Of a DNA stretch of 58,043 nt, positions 40,877-49,189 are shown piece by piece. Numbering within the stretch: position 1 is the first letter of the stretch; the number at the start of each line of letters is the position of its first letter. Under the pieces are notes generated by a model, which did not search any database, was not told where the DNA came from, and was given only the letters and a program-made list of their open reading frames with translations. Origin of the DNA: Eubacteriales bacterium (GTDB taxonomy: Bacteria > Bacillota > Clostridia > Oscillospirales > CAG-272); NCBI GenBank assembly GCA_045587985.1, contig JAZNDG010000087.1:1-58043 (forward strand), written 5' to 3'. The position numbers and the translations under genes are program-made.

Positions 40877-41707
40877 ATGCGAAGTGCTGCGTTTCCGCTT
40901 CTTCTTTCCGAGGGGATCACCGAGTGTGCGATCCTGCCGATCTCGGCTGTGCGCATACTGCGCCCCGAGCTGCTTGCGAAAGAGGGCGGCTTTGCACCAA
41001 AGAGCGTTCTTTTATTCCTCGTCCCTTATTATGCCGGCCCTGCCGAAAATCTCTCCGTGTATGCCGCCGCGCGTGATTACCACGGCTTTATGCGCTCGCT
41101 CCTTTCACGCCTTGCCGAAGCGGTGAAGGCTGTGCACCCCCATGCGGTCCTTCGCGGCTTTTCCGACCATTCCCCGATTGATGAGCGATATGCCGCCGCC
41201 ACGGCGGGGCTCGGCATCCTCGGCGATAACGGCCTGCTGATCAATCCAAGGTACGGCTCGTTTGTGTTTATCGGCGCCCTCTTTTCGGATATCCCGCCGG
41301 ATGAGGAGGCACTTGCCTCGGTCCGCCCGATCGCCTATTGTGAGCATTGCGGCGCTTGCCGCCGCGCCTGCCCAACCGGGGCGCTTTCGGGAGAGGGGGA
41401 CTGTCTTTCGGAGCTGACACAGCGCCGCGGAGAGATTGCAAAGGAAACGGTCCTCTTAATGAAAAAGCACCGCACCGTCTGGGGGTGCGATCTCTGCCAG
41501 ACCGCCTGCCCGCATAACCGTGTCCTAGTCGCGGAGGGGAGAGAAACGCCTATCGCCTATTTCCGTGAAGGTCGCATCACACGCCTTGACCATGCGGGCG
41601 TTGCCGCAATGCCGCGTGCCGAGTTTGAGGGGCGCGCGTTTGCCTGGCGCGGCCGCCGCACCCTTCTGCGGAATCTTGCCGCCTATGAGGGAGAGGATGA
41701 GGCATAA
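40877..41707 (+). CDS. queG: Epoxyqueuosine reductase QueG-like Fe-S protein
   Basis: RDYH, AGLG..G.N, YGSFVFIG, CEHCGACRRACP, WGCDLCQTACPHN. Confidence 0.85.
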   Translation: MRSAAFPLLLSEGITECAILPISAVRILRPELLAKEGGFAPKSVLLFLVPYYAGPAENLSVYAAARDYHGFMRSLLSRLAEAVKAVHPHAVLRGFSDHSPIDERYAAATAGLGILGDNGLLINPRYGSFVFIGALFSDIPPDEEALASVRPIAYCEHCGACRRACPTGALSGEGDCLSELTQRRGEIAKETVLLMKKHRTVWGCDLCQTACPHNRVLVAEGRETPIAYFREGRITRLDHAGVAAMPRAEFEGRAFAWRGRRTLLRNLAAYEGEDEA

Positions 41708-41738
41708 TTCAAATTTTTGAGAAAAACAGAAAAAGCGG

Positions 41739-41767
41739 TTTACATTTTGAGAAAACTGTGCTATAAT
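41739..41767 (+). promoter_or_regulatory. Sigma-A promoter of the tRNA gene
   Basis: TTTACA-17-TATAAT with TG extension. Confidence 0.8.
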
Positions 41768-41790
41768 AGCAGAGCGCTGTTGCGCAACAT

Positions 41791-41867
41791 CTACCCGTGG
41801 CACAGCTGGATAGCGCGCAAGACTCCGACTCTTGAGGTCGTAGGTTCGAATCCTATCGGGTAGGCCA
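41791..41867 (+). tRNA. tRNA-Arg(CCG)
   Basis: Acceptor CTACCCG/CGGGTAG, D-loop with GGA (A20), anticodon arm CAAGA-CTCCGAC-TCTTG, GGTTCGAATCC, encoded CCA. Confidence 0.96.
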
Positions 41868-41908
41868 AAGCAAAAAGGGGCACCCTCGTGGTGCCCCTTT
41901 TTGCTTTG
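41866..41908 (+). terminator. Terminator after tRNA
   Basis: caaagcaaaaaggggcacc-ctcgt-ggtgcccctttttgctttg, 19-bp arms. Confidence 0.85.
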
Positions 41909-41951
41909 CTCTATCATGAAGGGCGACCTAGCGCGAGAGAAGACGAGCGCG

Positions 41952-42040
41952 GTAGGTTCGCATACTCCGCGCAGAGCGTCCGCCCGCTTGCGAGGCGGCG
42001 GCAAGCGAGAGTATATTCGCACCCGTGCGAACATCCTATC
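41952..42040. other. Structured element bounded by the two halves of the tRNA T-arm sequence
   Basis: GTAGGTTCG-[72 nt]-ATCCTATC versus GTAGGTTCG-A-ATCCTATC in the tRNA; nested inverted repeats. Confidence 0.5.
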
Positions 42041-42065
42041 ATCGAATCATTAAAAAGGATATACC

Positions 42066-42138
42066 CAACCATTGGTTGAGTTGTTAGGGAAAAAAGTTTT
42101 TTGAAAATCTTTATAGTTGAGGATACTTATGTTATAAT
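42066..42138 (+). promoter_or_regulatory. Palindrome plus extended -10 promoter
   Basis: CAACCA-T-TGGTTG (42066-42078); TGTTATAAT (42130-42138). Confidence 0.55.
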
Positions 42139-42176
42139 ACAGTTGAACGTTGACACATCATCGTGAGGTAAGTAGA

Positions 42177-43604
42177 ATGAAAACAATTGACCCTCAAAAA
42201 ATCAAAAGTTTAAGAATTCGTCAAGGATTATCCCAGCAAAAGCTGGCGCGGCTTATTGGTATAAGTGATCGGGCGATTTCAAAATGGGAGTTGGGGTACT
42301 CGCGACCTTCGGCTAACCATCTCATTGCTTTAGCACAAATTTTGGATGCCAACGTGATGGACTTTTTGCCCAACTCCAACGCGGTCAATAAAGAATCTGC
42401 GCAAGGAATGGAATCACTTACTGAACTTTATAAAATCGGGAGAGGACCTTCAAGCTCGCACACTATGGGGCCGGAACGTGCGTGTAAAGTGTTTATGGCT
42501 CAGCATGCAGAAATTGATGAATTGCGAGTGATTTTATACGGCTCGCTTGCGAAAACGGGGAAAGGACACGGAACAGATCAAGTAATAAGAAAAACAGTTG
42601 CCCCGCTTCCATGTGAAATCATATTCGACTTTGTAACAACAGATATTCCTCATCCCAATACCATTGATATTATCGGATTCAAAAGCAAGGCTGAGGTAGC
42701 CAGAGCGCGAGTAATGAGCATTGGCGGCGGAAGTGTTTCGTTCGAAAACGAAAGCGTAGCGCAAACACCTTGCATATATCGTGAACACACTTTTGCCGAT
42801 ATTGCTACCTACTGTAAGGCAAATTCTCTACGTTTGTGGGAATACGTGGCAGAACGTGAGAACTCGTGCTTTTGGGAGTATATGGAACAGGTTTGGGGTG
42901 CTATGAAGCAGTCCATATTATGCGGACTTGAAGACGAGGGGGAGTTGCCCGGCGGATTATCCGTAAAGAAAAAAGCAAGGTCACTCTTTCTCAATCAGCA
43001 CATAGACGAAAGTGCGGAAACGCGCGAAAATCGTATGGTTTGTGCATTTGCATTTGCGGTTGGAGAACAAAATGCATCGGGTGAACAAATTGTAACGGCA
43101 CCCACCTGTGGTGCGGCGGGAGTACTACCCGCAGTGCTATATTATCAACAGCAAAAAAACAAATATAGCGATCGGCAAATTATACAGGCTCTTCTTACGG
43201 CGGGAATTGTTGGAAACTTGATCAAAACAAACGCCTCTATTTCCGGCGCCGAATGCGGTTGCCAAGCAGAAATCGGCAGCGCTTGTGCTATGGCAGCGGC
43301 GGCATTGGCGGAATTATTTTCACTCGATATCGACAAAATCGAATATGCTGCGGAAATCGCAATCGAACATCACCTTGGGCTCACTTGCGATCCGATTTGC
43401 GGTCTTGTACAGATCCCCTGTATTGAACGAAATGCTGTGGCCGCCATGCGCTCGATCAATGCGGTAAGCCTTGCAAGCTTTTTGTGGGATTCTCGCAAAA
43501 TTTCTCTTGATAAAGTGATTAAAGCCATGAAGGAAACAGGCAAAGACATATCAACGCGCTATAAAGAAACATCGGAAGCAGGACTTGCCAAAATTATACT
43601 TTAA
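42177..43604 (+). CDS. XRE-HTH fused to single-chain Fe-S L-serine ammonia-lyase
   Basis: [26 protein letters not shown]; then [42 protein letters not shown]...PCIERN. Confidence 0.9.
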   Translation: MKTIDPQKIKSLRIRQGLSQQKLARLIGISDRAISKWELGYSRPSANHLIALAQILDANVMDFLPNSNAVNKESAQGMESLTELYKIGRGPSSSHTMGPERACKVFMAQHAEIDELRVILYGSLAKTGKGHGTDQVIRKTVAPLPCEIIFDFVTTDIPHPNTIDIIGFKSKAEVARARVMSIGGGSVSFENESVAQTPCIYREHTFADIATYCKANSLRLWEYVAERENSCFWEYMEQVWGAMKQSILCGLEDEGELPGGLSVKKKARSLFLNQHIDESAETRENRMVCAFAFAVGEQNASGEQIVTAPTCGAAGVLPAVLYYQQQKNKYSDRQIIQALLTAGIVGNLIKTNASISGAECGCQAEIGSACAMAAAALAELFSLDIDKIEYAAEIAIEHHLGLTCDPICGLVQIPCIERNAVAAMRSINAVSLASFLWDSRKISLDKVIKAMKETGKDISTRYKETSEAGLAKIIL

Positions 43605-43619
43605 AAAATAATCTTCATG

Positions 43620-43665
43620 ATTTAGCGTTGTGCTTTGGAAAACACAACGCTAAATTTGTTTTTTT
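43620..43665 (+). terminator. Intrinsic terminator
   Basis: tttagcgttgtg-ctttggaaaa-cacaacgctaaa followed by a T tract. Confidence 0.8.
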
Positions 43666-43848
43666 GTATTATGATAAAACTGCTTTATTGCAGGTGCGCC
43701 AAGGTTGTCCCTTTTGCTTTGGCCTTCTCGCTTGGGAGATGTTATTTGGCGACACACAATTTTTTCGAAACCACTTGCGGGCTGCCGTCCTCCTGTGATA
43801 TAATACGCTCATAAGGATATAAACTCGAAAAAAATGAGGAAACGCTAT

Positions 43849-44832
43849 ATGAAAATTCGCATCGGCATCTATGGATACGGCAATCTCGGCCGTGGCGTGG
43901 AGGCGGCTCTTTCTGCCGCTCCCGATATGGAGGCGGTCGGTGTTTTTACCCGCCGCGATCCGAAAACACTCAAGACCCTCACGGGGATCCCCGTTTATTC
44001 TGCGGAGGATGCCCTCTCTATGACCGATCAGATTGACGTTATGATCCTTTGCGGCGGCAGCCGTACCGACCTGCCCACGCAGACACCCGCGCTTGCCGCC
44101 CATTTTAATGTGGTGGACAGCTTTGATACCCACGCAAAGATCCCCGAGCATCTTGCCGCCGTGGATGCTGCGGCAGCACCCGCCGGTAAAACCGCGATCA
44201 TCTCGGTGGGCTGGGACCCCGGTATGTTCTCGCTTGAAAGGCTTCTCGGCAAGGCGGTCCTTGCGAACGGTGAGGATTACACCTTTTGGGGGCGCGGTGT
44301 GAGTCAGGGGCATTCGGATGCCATCCGCCGTGTCGCGGGGGTGAAGGATGCGCGCCAGTACACCGTGCCGATCCCCTCGGCGCTCGCCGCCGTCCGCGCC
44401 GGGGAGGCACCTGCTCTCACCGCGCGCGAAAAGCACACGCGCGAGTGCTTTGTGGTGGCAGAGGAGGGGGCGGATCTTGCAAGGATCGAAAAAGAGATCA
44501 AGGAAATGCCCGATTACTTTGCCGATTATGATACCACAGTCACCTTCATCACCGAAGAGGAGCTGCGCCGTGACCATGCCGGTATTCCGCATGGGGGCTT
44601 TGTGATCCGCACGGGCAGAACCGGGCTTTCGGGCGAGCATCGCCACGTGATCGAGTTTAGCCTGAAGCTTGATTCGAATCCCGAGTTCACCTCATCTGTC
44701 CTTGTGGCATACGCGCGCGCCGCCGCACGCCTTTCTGCCAAGGGGCAGACCGGTGCCATGACGGTGCTTGACGTTCCCCCGGTCTATCTTGCCGCAGAGG
44801 AGCGCGCCGTACTGATTTCCTCATTGCTGTAA
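43849..44832 (+). CDS. ddh: meso-diaminopimelate D-dehydrogenase
   Basis: GYGNLGRG, DSFDTH, GWDPG, TFWGRGVSQGHSDA, HGG, SNPEFT. Confidence 0.96.
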   Translation: MKIRIGIYGYGNLGRGVEAALSAAPDMEAVGVFTRRDPKTLKTLTGIPVYSAEDALSMTDQIDVMILCGGSRTDLPTQTPALAAHFNVVDSFDTHAKIPEHLAAVDAAAAPAGKTAIISVGWDPGMFSLERLLGKAVLANGEDYTFWGRGVSQGHSDAIRRVAGVKDARQYTVPIPSALAAVRAGEAPALTAREKHTRECFVVAEEGADLARIEKEIKEMPDYFADYDTTVTFITEEELRRDHAGIPHGGFVIRTGRTGLSGEHRHVIEFSLKLDSNPEFTSSVLVAYARAAARLSAKGQTGAMTVLDVPPVYLAAEERAVLISSLL

Positions 44833-45004
44833 GCGGCTTCCCCGGCAGGACCACCGGGATTTTGAGGCGCAATGCCCGCTTGTCGGTAAAAACGAATAAA
44901 AATATTAAAATTTGTGAACTTTTTTTGAAATTCCTATTGCTTTTTTCTGCGCGGTTTGCTATAATCTATACGTAATATTAAATAACACCATAGGAGAGTT
45001 GGGT

Positions 45005-45367
45005 ATGAAAACGCTTGGCAACATCATTTGGTTCATCTTTGGCGGCTTCATCGGAGCCCTCTGCAATTTTCTCGTCGGCTGCCTTTTGTGTGTGACGATT
45101 GTTCTGATTCCCTTTGGCAGACAGTATTTCAAGCTGGCGGGTCTTATGCTTTGGCCCTTTGGCAAGCAGGTGGATGCGGATGCAACCGTTCATCCCGTTG
45201 CCAACATCTTCTGGAATGAGCTCGGCGGCTTCGTTGCTGCGGTTCTGCATTTCGTGATCGGCATTCTCCTTTGCGTGACCATTATTCTGATTCCCTTTGC
45301 AAAGCAGCACTTTAAGCTTGCTAAGCTCTCGCTTATCCCCTTCGGCGCTGTCGTTTCGAAGGTTTGA
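45005..45367 (+). CDS. YccF-domain inner membrane protein (copy 1)
   Basis: GNIIWFIFGG; two IPF..Q.FKLA units. Confidence 0.9.
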   Translation: MKTLGNIIWFIFGGFIGALCNFLVGCLLCVTIVLIPFGRQYFKLAGLMLWPFGKQVDADATVHPVANIFWNELGGFVAAVLHFVIGILLCVTIILIPFAKQHFKLAKLSLIPFGAVVSKV

Positions 45368-45471
45368 TTGCTGCCTGGCAGCACAAAACGGGCGGTTTCC
45401 TGGCCGCCCCATTCATTTGGATATCTGCCCTCGGGCGATATTAAATACATTTTTATTTTAAGGAGACAACT

Positions 45472-45828
45472 ATGAAATTCATCGGCAACCTGATCTGGTT
45501 CTTCTTCACCGGCCTGCAGACTGGTCTTATGTGGATCATTCTCGGCATCATGTGGTGCATCACCCTCATCGGTATTCCCTTCGGCAAGCAGGCCTTCAAG
45601 CTTGCTAAGCTCTCGCTTGTGCCCTTCGGCAAGACCGTGAACGGCGATTTCTCCAAGCATGCCATCCTGAACCTGATCTGGTTCTTCCTCGGCGGCTTCA
45701 GCCTCTTCCTCTACTATGCCTTTGCCGGTCTGATCTTCTGCATCACCATCATCGGCATCCCCTTCGGCAAGCAGTGCTTTAAGCTCGCCAAGCTCTCGTT
45801 CGCTCCCTTCGGCGCGACCATTTCGTAA
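45472..45828 (+). CDS. YccF-domain inner membrane protein (copy 2)
   Basis: GNLIWFF; two CIT.IGIPFGKQ.FKLAKLS units; AAGGAG RBS. Confidence 0.9.
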   Translation: MKFIGNLIWFFFTGLQTGLMWIILGIMWCITLIGIPFGKQAFKLAKLSLVPFGKTVNGDFSKHAILNLIWFFLGGFSLFLYYAFAGLIFCITIIGIPFGKQCFKLAKLSFAPFGATIS

Positions 45829-45838
45829 GAAACACTTC

Positions 45839-45870
45839 AAAAGGGCAGACACAGTCTGCCCTTTTTCTTT
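45839..45870 (+). terminator. Intrinsic terminator
   Basis: aaaagggcagac-aca-gtctgcccttttt. Confidence 0.8.
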
Positions 45871-45936
45871 TTTTTCTTGCATTTTGCAAGCAAGCGTGAT
45901 ACAATAGGGGCGTGGCTTTTGAAGGAGGGCTTTTTT

Positions 45937-46674
45937 ATGTTTATGCTCGGCTCGGTCGTGAATGCCGCTGCCATTGTGGTAGGAGGCGTTCTTGGCGGCT
46001 TTTTAAAGAAGGGGATCCCCGAAAGGGTGAGCAAGACGGTTACATCTGCGCTGGCGCTTGCGGTGATGTTTATCGGTATAACCGGTGCGCTTGACGGATA
46101 CAGCGCCTTCTCGGCAGGCAATCTTCTTTTTTCTAAATACGGGATGCTCTTTATCATCCTCTCTCTTCTTATCGGCGCCGTGATCGGAGAGCTTATCGAT
46201 ATTGACCGTGCACTTTCCCGCCTCGGCGCGTTTCTTGAAAGAAAGCTCGGAGGAAAAAAAGAAGGGGGGGAGAGCTCCTCTGCATTTGCCACCGGCTTTG
46301 TCAACTGCACCATCCTCTTTTGCGTGGGTGCCATGGCCATCCTCGGGGCCATCGAGGATACGGGCGCGACCACACCCAACATCCTTTTTTCAAAGGCGAT
46401 CCTTGATGGGATGTCGGCCTTGATGATGGCGGCCTCCCTCGGCTTTGGCTGTGTCCTTTCCGCCATCCCCGTTCTTCTTTATCAAGGGCTCTTTTCGCTC
46501 CTCGCGCTCGGCGTTCTTGATGGGGTGGCAGCTCCCGTGATGGGGGCACTCTCCTGCACCGGCTCGCTTGTCATCGTTGTGATCGGGCTCAATATGCTCG
46601 GTGCCACCAAGGTCAAAACGGCCAATCTCTTGCCCGCGGTGTTTCTGCCCCTTCTTACAGCACTCCTTCTTTGA
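45937..46674 (+). CDS. DUF554 membrane protein
   Basis: GSVVN, LFCVGAMAILG, KAILDG, ANLLPA. Confidence 0.9.
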   Translation: MFMLGSVVNAAAIVVGGVLGGFLKKGIPERVSKTVTSALALAVMFIGITGALDGYSAFSAGNLLFSKYGMLFIILSLLIGAVIGELIDIDRALSRLGAFLERKLGGKKEGGESSSAFATGFVNCTILFCVGAMAILGAIEDTGATTPNILFSKAILDGMSALMMAASLGFGCVLSAIPVLLYQGLFSLLALGVLDGVAAPVMGALSCTGSLVIVVIGLNMLGATKVKTANLLPAVFLPLLTALLL

Positions 46675-46754
46675 TAAAATGAAAAAAGAAAAACGCCTGA
46701 ACGGCGTTTTTCTTTTGCTATATCGCCCCTCTTTCTTCTTTTGACAACAAAACC

Positions 46755-47516
46755 TTACAATTTTATACTGACCTCTCCGGCCTGCAAGCGCACTTCCTCC
46801 TCATCCGTTTTCAGGATCAGCGCACCGTCATCTGCGATTTCGGCAGCCATCCCCGAGATGGTACGGTCACCCACTGTGGCTACAACCTCTTTGCCGATTA
46901 CCACCGATCGGGCGCGGTATTCGCAAAGAAAGGATCCGTCCTCAAATGTGGGAAGATCGCCGTAAAAACGGTCGAGAATAGCCGCCGCAAGACGGGCAGG
47001 GGAGGGGGGCGCTGCATACGCTCCGATGGCCGTGGCAATTTCCGAAAGTGTATCCGGCAGGGCTCCCGGTAAAAGGTTCACTCCGATCCCCACCACGGCA
47101 TAGGAAAGCGCCCCCCCTGCGGTAAAGGCGCCCTCTGTGAGGATGCCTGCGATCTTAAGGCTCCCGATGCGCAAATCGTTCACCCACTTGATCCCAACCG
47201 CAACATCGGCGCATGCTTCGATCGCACGTGCGGCGGCTACCGCCGCATACGGGGTAAGAAGAGAAAGCCGCTCGGCGGGGATCGGCCGCCTTACCAGCAT
47301 GCTCATATAAAGACCTGCACCGCCGGGCGATGAAAACGGCCGCCCGAGCCTTCCGCGCCCCGCGGTTTGCTCCTCGGCAATCACGCACGCGCCGTGAGGG
47401 GCGCCCTTCTCGGCCCATTCCAAAAGAGTGGTGTTGGTGGAGGGGAGAGTGGGGAAAACGCGTAAATGCCTCGTCCCCTTCTCCTTCAAAAGTGATACGA
47501 TATCGGCTTCTGTCAT
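46755..47516 (-). CDS. birA: Biotin--[acetyl-CoA-carboxylase] ligase without HTH
   Basis: STN, QTAGRGRLGR, IKWVND, KIAGILTE, GIGVN, AGEVS. Confidence 0.93.
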   Translation of the reverse strand: MTEADIVSLLKEKGTRHLRVFPTLPSTNTTLLEWAEKGAPHGACVIAEEQTAGRGRLGRPFSSPGGAGLYMSMLVRRPIPAERLSLLTPYAAVAAARAIEACADVAVGIKWVNDLRIGSLKIAGILTEGAFTAGGALSYAVVGIGVNLLPGALPDTLSEIATAIGAYAAPPSPARLAAAILDRFYGDLPTFEDGSFLCEYRARSVVIGKEVVATVGDRTISGMAAEIADDGALILKTDEEEVRLQAGEVSIKL

Positions 47517-47724
47517 GGCTGACTCCTTCTTTTCTTTCCTTAATAATTGTATCACACGCGGGCGCGCTTGTAAAGAAGAAATTCCTTTTCCCCCTTTCGT
47601 ATTCCTGTAAACAGAGAAGATTTTCCCATAAATAATGACGTTTATCCGTTGAAAGAGTAGGGTTTTCTTGCTATACTTGTGTTAGGTCGTGCGACCGATC
47701 TTACGATTTGAGGGGGATGTTATC

Positions 47725-48831
47725 ATGAGAAAAATAGGTAGAGAGGTATTCTTCTACGCTGCGGACAAGACCTATACGAGAACCGGTGAAGGCGGCTTTA
47801 TCCGTCTTAAGGACGGCTCGATTCTCTTTATTTTTACCGCCTACGTGACCGAGGAATGGCTTGATCATGGCGAGGCCGTTCTTGTGCCTCTCCTTTCGAA
47901 GGACGAGGGCGAGACCTGGGAGATGGGTGAGCCCATCGTCAGGCGTGATGAGGGGAAGACCAACGTGATGAGCGTCTCGCTTCTCAGAATGCAGAACGGC
48001 GACATTGGTCTTTTCTATCTTCAGAAGCTGGAGATCGACGGTGTTGTATGTGATGAATACCTTTTGCGCCGCTCCTCGGACGAGGGCAAGACCTGGGGAG
48101 AGCCCACCGTGTGCATTGCGGCGAAGCCCGGCGCCTACTATGTTGTGAATAATGACCGCGTGATCCGCCTTTTGTCCGGCAGGATCTTCATCCCCGCCTG
48201 CATCAGCAGCGCAAGACCGAAGGAGGATATGACCCCCGGTAACATCAGCAGGGTGACAGCCTTTTATTCGGATGATGACGGTGCGACCTGGTCGCAGTCG
48301 GATACCCTGCTTGAAACACCCTTTGATAACGATAAGGAGGGCCTTCAGGAGCCCGGCGCTCTTGAACTGCCCGATGGGCGCGTCTGGCTTTGGACGCGGA
48401 CCGACCTCGGCTTCCAGTATGAGGCCTTTTCCTCGGATGGCGGCCTGACCTTTTCGGGCCTTCGCCCCAACAAGTTCTTCACCTCCCCCCTCGCCCCGAT
48501 GCAGGTGAAGGGGGTCGGTGACGGTTATACCGTTTCCGTCTTCAATCCCGTTCCCAAGAGCTATCAGTTCCAGAGGGACCTTGTGGGCACCTATTGGCGC
48601 ACCTGGTGGGGCAGGACGCCCTTCCTTTGTGCGGTCAGCGAGGACGGCGGCAGCTCCTTCCCCCGCTATTATTTCCTCGAGGACGATCCGAAGAACGACT
48701 ACTGCTATACCGCTATCCTTGAGGGAGAGGGCTACTTCCTTGCGGCCTACTACCATTCGAACAACACGCCGATCTGCCTGAACAGCCTCAAGATCGTGAA
48801 GGTAGGGTACGACGAGATCAAAACGAAATAA
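47725..48831 (+). CDS. BNR/Asp-box sialidase-family beta-propeller protein
   Basis: Five Asp-box motifs (SKDEGETW, SSDEGKTW, SDDDGATW, SSDGGLTF, SEDGGSSF); no signal peptide. Confidence 0.85.
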   Translation: MRKIGREVFFYAADKTYTRTGEGGFIRLKDGSILFIFTAYVTEEWLDHGEAVLVPLLSKDEGETWEMGEPIVRRDEGKTNVMSVSLLRMQNGDIGLFYLQKLEIDGVVCDEYLLRRSSDEGKTWGEPTVCIAAKPGAYYVVNNDRVIRLLSGRIFIPACISSARPKEDMTPGNISRVTAFYSDDDGATWSQSDTLLETPFDNDKEGLQEPGALELPDGRVWLWTRTDLGFQYEAFSSDGGLTFSGLRPNKFFTSPLAPMQVKGVGDGYTVSVFNPVPKSYQFQRDLVGTYWRTWWGRTPFLCAVSEDGGSSFPRYYFLEDDPKNDYCYTAILEGEGYFLAAYYHSNNTPICLNSLKIVKVGYDEIKTK

Positions 48832-48849
48832 CCCGCATGACACATATGC

Positions 48850-48891
48850 AAAAAAACGGTGCAGGGAAAGGACCCCTGCACCGTTTTTTTT
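48850..48891 (+). terminator. Intrinsic terminator
   Basis: aaaaaacggtgcaggg...ccctgcaccgtttttt. Confidence 0.85.
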
Positions 48892-49023
48892 GCTGTTTTC
48901 GGACCGCGCGAGGGCGGGTGGGAAAAATTTACAATTCAATGCAGGTAAAATTAACAAAAAATTTACAAATCAAGTCCTTCGGAAAAATTGGAAAAAAATA
49001 TTGGGGTTTTTTACAAAAATAAC

Positions 49024-49052
49024 TTGACAAGTTGCAAAGCCGATGCTATAAT
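49024..49052 (+). promoter_or_regulatory. Sigma-A promoter of rpoBC
   Basis: TTGACA-17-TATAAT with TG extension. Confidence 0.88.
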
Positions 49053-49189
49053 TGTAAACTGCCTAATGTTTGCTTGTCCCTATATATTATTATATATAAT
49101 ATAAGCGATGGCGGACGAAAAAATCTTCATTTTTCGCCGTGGCAAGGGCGTGCCTTTGGCGAAATTCTATGAAACGGAGTGATTCTACG

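Noticed and set aside
41791-41867. Possible CGG codon reassignment, since the tRNA-CCG has a Gln-like anticodon loop (CTCCGAC) and a D-stem A-C mismatch
   Set aside because: A20 arginine identity element is present, and CGG falls at conserved Arg positions (SLPSLR, QRLRD, VLRRT)
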